Below, piece after piece: positions 50,066 through 60,282 of a stretch of DNA of 64,000 nucleotides. Under the pieces are notes generated by a model. That model was not told the origin of the DNA. It saw only the letters and a list, made by a program, of their open reading frames with translations, and ran no database searches. The translations under genes and the position numbers were made by a program. The stretch is taken from contig CBDCTK010000002.1 of assembly GCA_965222225.1 (NCBI GenBank), positions 800,001 to 864,000 on the forward strand, read 5' to 3'. Position 1 is the first letter of the stretch, and the number at the start of each line of letters is the position of its first letter. This stretch comes from Candidatus Poribacteria bacterium (GTDB lineage: Bacteria; Poribacteria; WGA-4E; JAJDTR01).

Positions 50066-51121
50066 ATGCCATTAGTATCTATGCGACAAATCCTTGACGA
50101 AGCCGCTGCGGGCGGTTACGGAGTTGGCGCATTCAATGTCAATAACATGGAGCAGATTCAAGCCATCATGGAAGCCGCACGTGAAACGCAGTTTCCTCTA
50201 ATCATTCAGGCAAGTCGAGGCGCGCGAAAGTACACCAACGATCGATTCCTGTACCATCTCATGATGGCAGCTGTCGAACTATATCCGGACGTGATGGTTG
50301 CGCTCCATCAGGATCATGGGAATAGCCCGGAAACGTGCAAGTCGGCAATTGAGATGGGCTTTACCAGCGTAATGATGGATGGTTCACTGATAGAGGATGG
50401 AAAAACACCCGCGGATTTCGAATACAACGTTCAGATGACGCGGCAGGTTGTCGAGATGGCACATGCACACGGTGTTACCGTTGAAGGCGAACTCGGCTGT
50501 CTTGGTTCGCTAGAGACGGGTGAGGGCGAAAAAGAAGATGGACACGGTGCGGAGGGAGTTTTGTCACACAATCAACTCCTCACTGATCCCGAGCAAGCGG
50601 TGGAATTTGTCGAGCGCACAGGCGTTGACGCGCTTGCGGTCGCTATCGGGACTAGCCACGGTGCGTACAAATTCACCCGAAAACCTGATGCCGAAGTGCT
50701 TGCCATGGACCGAATCATTGAGATTCACAATTTGCTTCCGAGCACTCATCTTGTGATGCACGGGTCGTCGAGCGTTCCCAAGGACTTGCAGGACATTATC
50801 AACGACCATGGTGGTGAGATTCGACCCACGTGGGGCGTACCAGTCGAGGAAATCCAACTTGGAATTAAGAACGGAGTTCGCAAAATTAATGTGGACACTG
50901 ATAGTCGCTTAGCGATTACTGGAGCAATTCGCAAATTCCTCGCAGAGAATCCGGAAGAATTCGATCCGCGCGGTTATCTGACCCCCGCTCGCGATGCAAT
51001 GAAAGAGGTAATCAAATCCCGGATGTTAAGTTTTGGGGAGGTCGGGAATAGGGTCGATTATGAGCCAATCCCCTTGGAAGCAATCGCTCAACGATATGAC
51101 GAAGAGGCCGCAGGGGCCTGA
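50066..51121 (+). CDS. fba: Fructose-bisphosphate aldolase class II
   Basis: [49 protein letters not shown]. Confidence 0.96.
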   Translation: MPLVSMRQILDEAAAGGYGVGAFNVNNMEQIQAIMEAARETQFPLIIQASRGARKYTNDRFLYHLMMAAVELYPDVMVALHQDHGNSPETCKSAIEMGFTSVMMDGSLIEDGKTPADFEYNVQMTRQVVEMAHAHGVTVEGELGCLGSLETGEGEKEDGHGAEGVLSHNQLLTDPEQAVEFVERTGVDALAVAIGTSHGAYKFTRKPDAEVLAMDRIIEIHNLLPSTHLVMHGSSSVPKDLQDIINDHGGEIRPTWGVPVEEIQLGIKNGVRKINVDTDSRLAITGAIRKFLAENPEEFDPRGYLTPARDAMKEVIKSRMLSFGEVGNRVDYEPIPLEAIAQRYDEEAAGA

Positions 51122-51217
51122 ACCGCTGTAGCGGAGCAGATTCTGTTTTGAGCGAGCGGATTCCCCTCATGGTCTCTGACGCCCCAGCAGCGGAAGATAT
51201 CCCCGCCTATCAACGCC

Positions 51218-52234
51218 ATGCGTATCCATCACAGAGTAGTAGACCTCAAGCTGATCCACCCCTTCAAGATCTCGCGTCGAGCCGTTGATGAATATCGGCA
51301 AGTGGTTTCAGTCGAAATCGACGGTGGAATGGGAGAGGCGCCTCCTGCTCGTTTCTACGGCGAAACGGTCGAAACCGTACAGGATGCCATAGAGATTCTG
51401 GAATCAGGTCTTGATGGTAATCTAGACGCCATCCAAAGCGTACTGGCGAAACTTCAGTCCGTGCTCAGCGGAAACTATGCTGCCAAGTCCGCGATTGATA
51501 TGGCGCTCCACGATCGGCTCGGTAAAGCATTGGGTGTACCATTGTACCGGCTGTGGGGGCTAGATCCGAACGCGGTGCCGCCGACGTCATATACGATTGG
51601 GTTGGATGAACCGGAGGTCATGCAGCAGAAAACTCGTGAGGCGGAAGATTACGCAATTCTGAAGGTGAAGTTAGGAACGCCTCAAGATGTTCAGATTATC
51701 CACGCGCTCCGCGAGGTTACGGACAAACCGATTTATGTGGATGCCAATACAGCGTGGTCGCCGAAAGAAGCGGTTCGCAAGATTCGCGAGCTTGCTCCTC
51801 TCGGCATTGACATCGTCGAACAACCGAACGCCGCAGACGATTTGGAAGGTTTGAAGTTCATCCGCGAACACTCCGATATCCCGATAATTGCGGATGAGAG
51901 TGTCAAACGTGCAGCCGATATTCCTGCACTAGCCGAATGTGTCGACGGTATCAATATCAAGTTGGCAAAGTGCGGAGGTCTCCTCGAAGCGATGCGCATC
52001 ATAAGCGTTGCACGTGCACATAACTTGAAAGTCATGATAGGTTGTATGATTGAGAGTTCTCTTGGCATTACAGCGGCGGCGCATCTGACACCCCTCGTCG
52101 ATTACGTTGACCTCGATAGCCACCAGTTAATTGCTAACGACCCCTATATCGGTGTTACGCTGAAGAACGGCAAGCTAGTCCTTCCCAACCGCCCGGGTAT
52201 TGGGGTAATCCAAAGAGCTCCGGAACAGAATTAA
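51218..52234 (+). CDS. L-Ala-D/L-Glu dipeptide epimerase (enolase superfamily)
   Basis: PFKISR, LKVKLG, VDAN, EQP, ADES, NIKLAKCGG, GCMIES, DLD. Confidence 0.9.
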   Translation: MRIHHRVVDLKLIHPFKISRRAVDEYRQVVSVEIDGGMGEAPPARFYGETVETVQDAIEILESGLDGNLDAIQSVLAKLQSVLSGNYAAKSAIDMALHDRLGKALGVPLYRLWGLDPNAVPPTSYTIGLDEPEVMQQKTREAEDYAILKVKLGTPQDVQIIHALREVTDKPIYVDANTAWSPKEAVRKIRELAPLGIDIVEQPNAADDLEGLKFIREHSDIPIIADESVKRAADIPALAECVDGINIKLAKCGGLLEAMRIISVARAHNLKVMIGCMIESSLGITAAAHLTPLVDYVDLDSHQLIANDPYIGVTLKNGKLVLPNRPGIGVIQRAPEQN

Positions 52235-52394
52235 AGGCATTCGTTACCACGACGCTCAGTTTGTTTTCAACGTAGAATTGAAAGAACCCGCGTTTAGAAA
52301 TCGAGGACGGATGGTCGATACGGGATAGCGTGCGACGCCCGATGTTTGCCGCCGATTGAATTAACAACAAGAACCTAGCAAGAAAGGATTTCAA

Positions 52395-53108
52395 ATGGAA
52401 TTACGGGATTGTTGCGCTGCTATTACCGGCGGAACCGGTGCATTGGGCACCGCGGTTTGCAAGGCTTACCTAAGGCAAGGGTGTAACGTTGCTATCCCCT
52501 TTATATTCGATCGCGAGATTGAAGGATTCGAGAAAGAGATTGGCGACTTAAAATCACGGGTAACACTTATCCGCCGCAGTGTCGCTGCCGAGGAGGAGGT
52601 CGATTCCTTCTTTCAAACTGCTTTGGAAAAGTTCGGCAAACTTGATGTGTTGGTGAACATCGTAGGCGGTTTCATGGGTGGGATTCCAGTTTCTGATCTG
52701 GAGGTGGAAGATTGGGATGCGATGATGAATCTCAATCTGAAGTCGGCGTTTCTCTGCTGCAGAGCTATCTTACCGAACATGAAAGAACGCAAATCGGGGA
52801 AGATTATCAACGTCTCGGCGCGCGCGGGTTTAAGCGGAGTGGCAGGCATGAGCGCCTACTGTGTTTCCAAAGGCGGTGTGCGTGTGCTCACGGAGTCAAT
52901 TGCGGAAGAGGTTAAGGATTTAGGGATTAACGTAAACGCGATCATGCCGAGTATCATTGATACTCCCGCCAATCGATCGGCAATGCCGGACGAAGATCAC
53001 TCCCGTTGGGTCTCCCCTGCCGACATTGCAAAGGTAATTCTCTTTCTAACATCCGATGACGCCGCTGTTATCAACGGCGCTGCTATACCGGTGTACGGTC
53101 GAGCGTAA
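52395..53108 (+). CDS. Short-chain dehydrogenase/reductase
   Basis: TGGTGALG, NIVGG, YCVSK, PSIIDTPANR. Confidence 0.93.
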   Translation: MELRDCCAAITGGTGALGTAVCKAYLRQGCNVAIPFIFDREIEGFEKEIGDLKSRVTLIRRSVAAEEEVDSFFQTALEKFGKLDVLVNIVGGFMGGIPVSDLEVEDWDAMMNLNLKSAFLCCRAILPNMKERKSGKIINVSARAGLSGVAGMSAYCVSKGGVRVLTESIAEEVKDLGINVNAIMPSIIDTPANRSAMPDEDHSRWVSPADIAKVILFLTSDDAAVINGAAIPVYGRA

Positions 53109-53194
53109 TTCTAGACCGTTTCGCTAATTTCGTCAAATTGCCTCCAAGGCAAAGCCAAAGTTCCGCTTCCAATCTGGCCCGCTAAACTCTAATA

Positions 53195-54188
53195 ACCAAT
53201 GGTGCTAGTTTGAAATTTGGAGGTTAATAAGCATAACATTCCCTTTTGGCTTTGCTTTAACGCGAAAGGTATCAGGGCATGAGACGATTTCCTCGATTCT
53301 ACCGTTAATTTGAGTATCGGTAGCTATCAAATAACGGGAGGAAATCTAGACTCATGACCATAGTAGATTTTATCACAGAACTGTTTTGTTGTGTTGATGA
53401 TAAACTCTCACAGCACGGTAAAAACCATAAGCATAGCCAAGCCAAACTTTATCCGTCTGAAGTGGTTACCATTGCCATGCTCTTTGCGCTCAAGGGTGTG
53501 GGTAATCGAGCCTCCTATCGCTGGATAGCGAACAATTTCAAATCCTTATTTCCGATGTTACCCGAGCGTACCCGATTGTTCCGCTTATTCGACGGGCATC
53601 AACATCTCATTGACGTTTTTATGGCGAATCCTTCGCTTATCGGTGGAATTGACACGTACGGTATTGAATTGATTCACCCGCGCCGAGAAGGGCGCTCTAA
53701 ACGTCAAATCGGACGCAAAGGCATTTCCAACCAACGATGGATTGTAGGTGGAAAACTTTGCTTGCTACACAATCATCTCGGACTGATTGTCAACTGGGAC
53801 TGCGACACTGCCAATGTACATGATGGGAGTGCCTTCCAACATCTCGTTGATGGGGTCAGTGACCAGATGGTTGTTTTTGCCGATGTAAATTTCGCCAAAG
53901 CGGATTGGTTCCCTTCCAACTTGCGTCTGTGCCGACGTGGCGAGTGGAATTCTCGGATGCTGCGAGTGGAATTCTCGGATGCTGGTAGAAACGATTTTGT
54001 CCATGTTGACGCTAGTGTGCCATTTTAAGAAAGTCATGCACCGTCGTTGGAGTTACTTCAAAACGCGAGTCGGCTTTACAATGGCTTTGGTCAATCTCTT
54101 GGTACAGTGGAATGGATTGTCGATTGACGACGATGGCTTTGTGCCTCTGTCAATAGCTCAATTCAGTCTCTAAACTAGCACCAAAGGT
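53195..54188 (+). mobile_element. IS982-like insertion sequence, 994 bp
   Basis: 17-bp imperfect IRs ACCAATGGTGCTAGTTT (53195-53211) / AAACTAGCACCAAAGGT (54172-54188); TAATA flanks both sides (53190-53194, 54189-54193). Confidence 0.88.
53354..54173 (+). pseudogene. Transposase frameshifted by a 22-bp tandem duplication
   Basis: DDE pattern (IDTYG, GGKL, TANVHD, FAD, RMLVET) split across two frames; GCGAGTGGAATTCTCGGATGCT repeated at 53940-53961 and 53962-53983. Confidence 0.9.
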
Positions 54189-54231
54189 TAATACTAATTC
54201 GTAATCCATAGGTTACAAGAACCGAGGGTCC

Positions 54232-54323
54232 GTAGTAGCAATCAACCGAACGGATAGTGAGGGATCAAGGAAGCGAATAGCGACTGCGATAGAGTTCCCA
54301 TAGAAATCCCCTCATTGCGCGTC
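54232..54323 (+). repeat. ~92-bp dispersed structured repeat, full copy B
   Basis: 82/92 identical to 35337-35428 by hand alignment. Confidence 0.9.
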
Positions 54324-54358
54324 CCGGGCGGTTGTAACATTTAGATTCTGAAATCGTA

Positions 54359-56308
54359 TCAGCTATCACTTTCCAGATCAGAGCGGTCGTTTCCTATTGA
54401 GGTGCTTGAGCGCCAGTTCAAGAACCCAACACCCAATACGACGATTAATGCCGGTAGGTGTAGCCAAATCGCGGAGCGAACGAGAATGAATCCCATCCCT
54501 GCAACAAAGAGTATCAGCCGCATCCAAAGGCTCAAGGGCGCCAAGAGATAGCCTGCCATGCACGCAGCCAACGGCACAATCCCAAGCACGGTAATTCCTA
54601 AGCTTACCACGATCGACCAAAGCCCTGCCGTTCCGCCATCGGAAGATAGAGTCAATAATTCCGGGCGCAGCACGAACGCGTACGGCAAGGCGAAACCCAC
54701 CAACGCAAACCGGAAAGCAGCGAAACCCGTTCTCATGATGTTGGCATTCGCAATTGCTGCCGCCGTGTAAGCCGCCAAGGCAACCGGCGGCGTAACCATC
54801 GACATCATCCCAAAATAAAATATGAAGAGATGCGCGGCAAGCGGAACCAATCCCAAGTCAGTCAGAATAGATCCGACCAAAGTTGCCATAAGAAGATAGC
54901 ACACTGACGAAGGCAACCCCATCCCAAGCACAATGGTCGAAACCATTAGAAGTAACAACGCAAGGATTACATTGTTTTGAGCCAGCGGTACAAGCATCCC
55001 CGGCAACTTTGTGCCGATACCCGTCAGCAATACGACACCTAGGGTTAACCCGACACATGATGCTGCAGCAATCAGTGAAACGCCGCCGTGAGCAGCTTTT
55101 GCCATGGCGTCGCAAAGCTCGCGAATCCCTATTCGCGTGTGATGGCTAAATGCACTCACGACAAGTACGATAATCAAACCCCAAGTAACCGCGCGAAATG
55201 GCGTGTAACCGAGAACCAAGAATAAAACAAGTACGCAGAACCCGGCACAGAACACAAATCCCTGTGCAGCAGGGGGCTTTTCATCGAGTTGTTGACTCGC
55301 CGCTTCAGCGGTTGCACCAACTAACTTGGCGCGGAAATGAACGATGAGAAGGAGTGCCCCGTAGTAAAGGAGGGCGGGGATGAGGGCAGCCTTGATTATC
55401 TGCAGATAAGTTACCGGGGGTGTCACAATCTCAAGCATCATGTAGGCGCCTGCCCCCATAATGGGTGGTACCAGCGCGCCACCTGAACTAGCCGCCGCTT
55501 CAATGCCCGCAGCAGTTGTCGGTTGAAACCCTGCGCTTCGCATCATTGGGATGGTAAACGTCCCGGTGGTCGCAGTGTTGGCAACAGCGCTGCCCGACAG
55601 CGACCCCATCATACCGCTACTGATGACGGCAACCTTGGCAGGACCGCCAGCGCTAGAGCGAAACAGCCGTCTCGCGAAATCAATGATATACCGTGTCGCG
55701 CCTGTTTTCTCCAGCACCGCACCGAACAGCACAAACAGAAACACATACGTAAACATCACCTTCAAGGCGATTCCAAATACGCCTTGGCTGTGTAAAAACG
55801 TCTGGCTGACAATACGTTCCCAAGAATATCCGCGATGAAACAGCCATCCCGGCATAGACTGTCCAAAGCCTGCATATAACAGAAAAATAACTGAGAGCAG
55901 TGGGAGAGTTAAGCCAATCGCTCGCCGCGTGGCTTCCAAAACCAGAACCAATCCGAGCAGTCCAATAAAATAATCAATAGATAGTTCCACTCCGGCGCGG
56001 TTTCCAAGGGGTTGGCTCTCTATCCAAAATCGTTGAAACAGAGGTTCCGTTTGGACTAAGATATAACCGAAACAGCCAACAACGCATACAACTAGGATGA
56101 GGTCTATTCCGTGACCGAGAATACTTGCTGTAAGTTTAGAATGAAGGGGATATTTGAGAAAGACGAGAACCAGTCCCAACATGGTAAAAAGCGCCATTTG
56201 GGACTGGGGTAAGAGTTGGGGATAATTGACCTCCGCGAGAACAAACAAACTCAGGAGAATGGCTAACGCTTTAAAAAGTGTTTGGCGGAGGCATTGGACG
56301 GAGTTCAT
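54359..56308 (-). CDS. TRAP transporter fused 4TM/12TM permease (TAXI type)
   Basis: EATRRAIG, GGPAKVAV, SGSAVAN, EAAASSGG..VPPIMGA, LGMGLP, AAHLFIFYFG, TPPVALAAY. Confidence 0.94.
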   Translation of the reverse strand: MNSVQCLRQTLFKALAILLSLFVLAEVNYPQLLPQSQMALFTMLGLVLVFLKYPLHSKLTASILGHGIDLILVVCVVGCFGYILVQTEPLFQRFWIESQPLGNRAGVELSIDYFIGLLGLVLVLEATRRAIGLTLPLLSVIFLLYAGFGQSMPGWLFHRGYSWERIVSQTFLHSQGVFGIALKVMFTYVFLFVLFGAVLEKTGATRYIIDFARRLFRSSAGGPAKVAVISSGMMGSLSGSAVANTATTGTFTIPMMRSAGFQPTTAAGIEAAASSGGALVPPIMGAGAYMMLEIVTPPVTYLQIIKAALIPALLYYGALLLIVHFRAKLVGATAEAASQQLDEKPPAAQGFVFCAGFCVLVLFLVLGYTPFRAVTWGLIIVLVVSAFSHHTRIGIRELCDAMAKAAHGGVSLIAAASCVGLTLGVVLLTGIGTKLPGMLVPLAQNNVILALLLLMVSTIVLGMGLPSSVCYLLMATLVGSILTDLGLVPLAAHLFIFYFGMMSMVTPPVALAAYTAAAIANANIMRTGFAAFRFALVGFALPYAFVLRPELLTLSSDGGTAGLWSIVVSLGITVLGIVPLAACMAGYLLAPLSLWMRLILFVAGMGFILVRSAIWLHLPALIVVLGVGFLNWRSSTSIGNDRSDLESDS

Positions 56309-56310
56309 TC

Positions 56311-57093
56311 CTAGTTCCGGCTCTCGAGCCTGCGTACCCAAATGTTGCGGAAACGCATTGGATTCCCGTGGTCTTGCAGTTTGATTGGTCCTTCAGGTGG
56401 ATGCGGCTCATCATATGAGGGGGCACGACCGTGGCCCGTCGGTCCTAGAATCTCCTGATAGTGCTGTACCAAAACGCCGTTGTGCACGACAGTAGCATAC
56501 GCGGGTGTCAATAACTTCTCTCCATCAAACTGCGGGGGAACGAAGAAAATATCGTACGTTTGCCATTCGCCGGGCTTCCGAGAGGCATTGACGAGCGGGG
56601 GCCACTGCCCGTAGATTGCACTTGCCGCACCGTCGGCATAAGTCGGGTTGTCATAGCCATCCAGCACCTGAATCTCATACGTATTCAGCAGGAAAACGCC
56701 GCTGTTGCCTCGTCCCTGACTGTCCCCCTTGACCTTTGACGGAGTCGCCCATTCCACATGCAACTGGCAGTGTCCAAAATGCTCAGTGGTTTCGATATCT
56801 CCGGTTTTATTGACTTCCATGTAGCCATTTTCGACCTTCCACTGCGCCGGACCGTCGCGTCCTATCCACTGACTCAAATCCGTGCCGTCAAAGAGCACTA
56901 CCGCATCTGACGGGGGGTTGCCGGCCGTCGCCGGCGAACTTTCCGTGCCCGGTGTAACAATCCTCGGTTGAGGCCGCCTTCCATCATGTACTCTCCACTC
57001 CGAATTGGGAATAAACGGAGTATCGTCGTAACCAATACGAGGTTTTTCTGCTTGTGACAAAATGAGGTCTCCTTCTAGGTTCAGATTTAGCAA
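56311..57093 (-). CDS. DUF1080 / 3-keto-glycoside hydrolase family protein (likely TTG start ~57060)
   Basis: PPSDAVVLFDG, LHVEW, GNSGVF, YEIQVLD, GEWQTYDI, LQDHG..RFRNIW. Confidence 0.9.
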   Translation of the reverse strand: MLNLNLEGDLILSQAEKPRIGYDDTPFIPNSEWRVHDGRRPQPRIVTPGTESSPATAGNPPSDAVVLFDGTDLSQWIGRDGPAQWKVENGYMEVNKTGDIETTEHFGHCQLHVEWATPSKVKGDSQGRGNSGVFLLNTYEIQVLDGYDNPTYADGAASAIYGQWPPLVNASRKPGEWQTYDIFFVPPQFDGEKLLTPAYATVVHNGVLVQHYQEILGPTGHGRAPSYDEPHPPEGPIKLQDHGNPMRFRNIWVRRLESRN

Positions 57094-58098
57094 TTATTCG
57101 GGCCAAATGCCAATTTCCTTGTAATAACGAACCGCGCCAGGATGGAACAATGTGCCTGTATCCTTGACGACATTCTTTGGGTTGATTGCTTTGCCTGCCG
57201 GGTGCTTCTTCACCACATCCGCTCGGTGCTCATAGAGAATCTTGGTGAATTGATAAACATCTTTGTCAGCTTGATCCGTCGACGTTATCAGATGCATCGA
57301 ACCAACATTCATCCCGTTGAAGAGTTTTTCTTGATTCCGATACGTCTCCGCGGGAATAGTCGCGGATTCGAAAAATGGATAATCATTGATTAAACGTTCT
57401 TTTGCTTCTGCTTCGAATGGAACGAACAGAATATTTTGGGAAGAGGCGGCTTGGGTAATCGATGCCGTCGGAACTGCGCCACCCAAGAACGCTGCAACAG
57501 CCGAACCATCCGCCAACATGTTCACTGCGCCAGTCTGCGTATTGTTTAGCGGCGTAAAATCTGCATAGGTTACGCCGTGCGCGGCTAGAATCGGTTCTAG
57601 AAAATATTCAAACCCGGCGCCCGCGGGACCGAGTACTACTCGCTTACCTTTTAAATCCGCAAGTCCTTTCACGTCCGACGATTTTTGCGTGATAAAGAGG
57701 GCAACGTTCGGAGCCAGTGTCATCACCGCGCGAATGGGTTGTTTCCGCTTCCACGCGCCCTCGCCTCGAACCGCAAAATAGGAGATGGCGGCATTCGCAA
57801 GGGCAAACTCCAGCTCACCTCTTGAGAGGCGCCGAATGTTTTCTTGCGTGCCTTTCGTGGCTTCCGCGGCAACCTCCCAATTCAAATCGCCTACGTTCTC
57901 TCTAACAACTTGGGAGATTGCACCGCCCACAACAAAAAACGATCCGCCAGGCGGCGCCGTGCCTATGCTGAAAAATTGTTGTTTACCCGTCTTCTTTGCC
58001 AAGACGCTTGTTGCGGTCAAGTAATTGAAACATAGAAAGATAGCAAGTATAGAGATGACAAAAACCCTTTGGTACCGGTGAGTTCCTGCAAAGGCCAT
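57094..58098 (-). CDS. TAXI-family TRAP solute-binding protein
   Basis: Signal peptide, IGTAPPGGSF, ATKGTQEN, DLKGKRV, FHPGAVRYYKE. Confidence 0.94.
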   Translation of the reverse strand: MAFAGTHRYQRVFVISILAIFLCFNYLTATSVLAKKTGKQQFFSIGTAPPGGSFFVVGGAISQVVRENVGDLNWEVAAEATKGTQENIRRLSRGELEFALANAAISYFAVRGEGAWKRKQPIRAVMTLAPNVALFITQKSSDVKGLADLKGKRVVLGPAGAGFEYFLEPILAAHGVTYADFTPLNNTQTGAVNMLADGSAVAAFLGGAVPTASITQAASSQNILFVPFEAEAKERLINDYPFFESATIPAETYRNQEKLFNGMNVGSMHLITSTDQADKDVYQFTKILYEHRADVVKKHPAGKAINPKNVVKDTGTLFHPGAVRYYKEIGIWPE

Positions 58099-58144
58099 GA
58101 AAGTGCTCCTTGGTTATTGAGATTAAGTATAGTCAAATTGACGC

Positions 58145-58882
58145 CTAAATGCCTTGAAACGCAGGGGGTTTGAATTCATCCCAACTCTTGATTGAAGGTA
58201 TTTCCGCAGGCCCCGGCGTCAAAGACGGTCGATCGTTTGAACGATCTAAATAGATAGCCTGCATGCCCAACTCCATTGGTGCCAGCACATCGTTAGTGAG
58301 ATTGTCTCCAATAAAAAGCGCTCGGCTCGCCGGATTGCTTGAAATCCCTGCTCGTTGAAGCGCTTCAGAATAGATTGGATGCCCGGGTTTCTTGAACCCA
58401 AACGAGGCGCTGTCAATAATGAAATCAAAGAAACCATCCAAATCGAATTTCCTGAGCATCCGTTGCGGCCAATCCGGCAGGTAAAAATTTGAAACGACGC
58501 CCATTCTCACCTTATCACGCCACCTTTGAAGCATCTCGATTACTCTCGGTGTACGCCTCAGCGTATTCTGATATCTCAGCTCAAACTGTTCAATAATCCG
58601 ACTTACAAGCGTGTCAACTTCATCCTTGCGGCTCTCATCTTTCTTGGTCAGAATATCCCTGAGTCGATCCGTCAAGTTGACCTCTCCCTAGTCGTTACCA
58701 TCCCACCTGTCCCGCTTCCATCTATCGTAATCGCCCTTAAACTCGACTTAGGTAGCATAGAACCCCGTTTCCACCGGACGACGCAAAATAGGCCTCAAGC
58801 CCGATTCATCTCCCCTGTCATCAAAGTCATCGATAAGTGTATTGAAGCAGTCAAAGAAAACCCAATCGAACGAGGGCTTCAC
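58145..58882 (-). pseudogene. HAD-family hydrolase interrupted by two in-frame stops
   Basis: Motif I FFDCFNTLID lies in frame upstream of the tracked ORF but is separated by TAA (58748-58750) and TAG (58688-58690); VVSN, KP, IGD…ND motifs downstream. Confidence 0.85.
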
Positions 58883-58959
58883 TCTTTTCGCGACAAGGTT
58901 CAAGAGAAACCGTAGTCAATGCACCTCTCTTGAATGTTTGGTTTCTCGAACACCTTTCC

Positions 58960-60234
58960 TTATAGCGTTATCTCCTCGGGAGGAGGACACATCTGCGCCA
59001 TCGGTGTAAAGATTTGGTCGACATCTTTCGTGAACACATTTCCGCTCAAGATATCAACAATCCCTTGTTGACAGTCCGGAAATTGCTTTAAGAATTTAGC
59101 AAAACTAAACTCTTTCGTATAGAAGGCGTACACCAACTTCCGAAAAGACTCCATTCCTTTCACGAACTCTGTACCAAACTGTCCCAGCCGCTCACCCGAC
59201 AAGTCACCGCTTTCAAATGCTCCATTGATTGCGTCCGCCGCCATCTCTCCAGACTTCAGCGCCAAAAACAGCCCTGTAGAATAAACCGGATCCAAGAAGC
59301 CGAAAGCATCCCCCACAAGCACCCATCCATTTCCGGCAATTTGCCGAGCACGATAAGAAAAATCCTTTGTTGTTTTGACCGGGAACAGTTGCTTTGCGTT
59401 TTCTATTCGCCATTTCAAGGCGGGACATTTCTCTAGTTCCGCCTGAAAGATAGCTTCGGCATCTAGTTGCGCGCCATTTGACCGGCGGTCTTGCAGTAGA
59501 TATTTGATTGATCCAACGACTCCCACGCTCACGCGGTCGTAAGGAAGCGGAATATACCAGAACCATGAATCTTTGTTCTCAGTGTGCAAGATTAACGTGG
59601 CCCCCTCATTAATTCCTTCGTCCCGAATTCCCCCTTGAAAGTGAGTGTATATTGACGCCTTCTTGAGTTGAGGCTCAGTGTCGTTGATTTTCAATCGTCG
59701 GGAAATTAATGCGCTTTGGCCCGTCGAATCCGCGATTACTCTTGCAGACAGATCCGTGCTGTCTCCACTTGGAGATTTTGTCCGAACGCCAACTGCTCGA
59801 TCTTTCTCAAATAACACGCTGTGAACGCCGACTCCACGCCGAACCTCTACGCCTTTTTCCCGAGCATTTTCGAGCAGCATTTCGTCAAATTCGCTACGCA
59901 GAACTTGCCACGTTATGGAGCTTTCGTGCGGGTCATTTTCATAGAAATAGAACGGTGCAGAGGCCTTACCGGACTGAGAATAAAACTGAACGCTATGTTT
60001 CTTGGGAAAGTGACTCGATTTCAGTTTTTCCAACATGCCCAGCCGTTCGAACGTCCAGTAACTGGCAGGAATTAGAGACTCGCCAATCTTGAAACGTGGC
60101 TCTGGGTCACGCTCTAGCAGTAGCACGCGAGGACCCTTCTCAGCGACCAAGGTTGCAACGGTGCTTCCTGCGGGACCTCCGCCAATGACAATCATGTCGT
60201 AACATTGTGTCTCTAAAACGCCGTTTGTTTTCAT
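58960..60234 (-). CDS. Flavin-dependent halogenase-family protein
   Basis: GGGPAG, KIGESL, FPKK, WFWYIP, GDAFGFLDPVYSTG. Confidence 0.82.
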   Translation of the reverse strand: MKTNGVLETQCYDMIVIGGGPAGSTVATLVAEKGPRVLLLERDPEPRFKIGESLIPASYWTFERLGMLEKLKSSHFPKKHSVQFYSQSGKASAPFYFYENDPHESSITWQVLRSEFDEMLLENAREKGVEVRRGVGVHSVLFEKDRAVGVRTKSPSGDSTDLSARVIADSTGQSALISRRLKINDTEPQLKKASIYTHFQGGIRDEGINEGATLILHTENKDSWFWYIPLPYDRVSVGVVGSIKYLLQDRRSNGAQLDAEAIFQAELEKCPALKWRIENAKQLFPVKTTKDFSYRARQIAGNGWVLVGDAFGFLDPVYSTGLFLALKSGEMAADAINGAFESGDLSGERLGQFGTEFVKGMESFRKLVYAFYTKEFSFAKFLKQFPDCQQGIVDILSGNVFTKDVDQIFTPMAQMCPPPEEITL

Positions 60235-60282
60235 TGACGTCCTTACGGCAGTTGACTCCGCCGTATGAATTTAATCTCTTGA

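Noticed and set aside
31912-51121. Autotrophic carbon fixation (OFOR, ppc, fba, rpe)
   Set aside because: No diagnostic enzyme (RuBisCO, PRK, ATP-citrate lyase, CODH/ACS) in the window; all these genes are common in heterotrophs.
53354-54173. Programmed ribosomal frameshift in the transposase
   Set aside because: The split is fully explained by a 22-bp duplication; no slippery site at the junction.
35337-54323. CRISPR array or a composite element bounded by the two full repeat copies
   Set aside because: Copies are 19 kb apart, not regularly spaced, enclose ordinary metabolic genes, and further copies lie elsewhere in opposite orientation; no cas genes.
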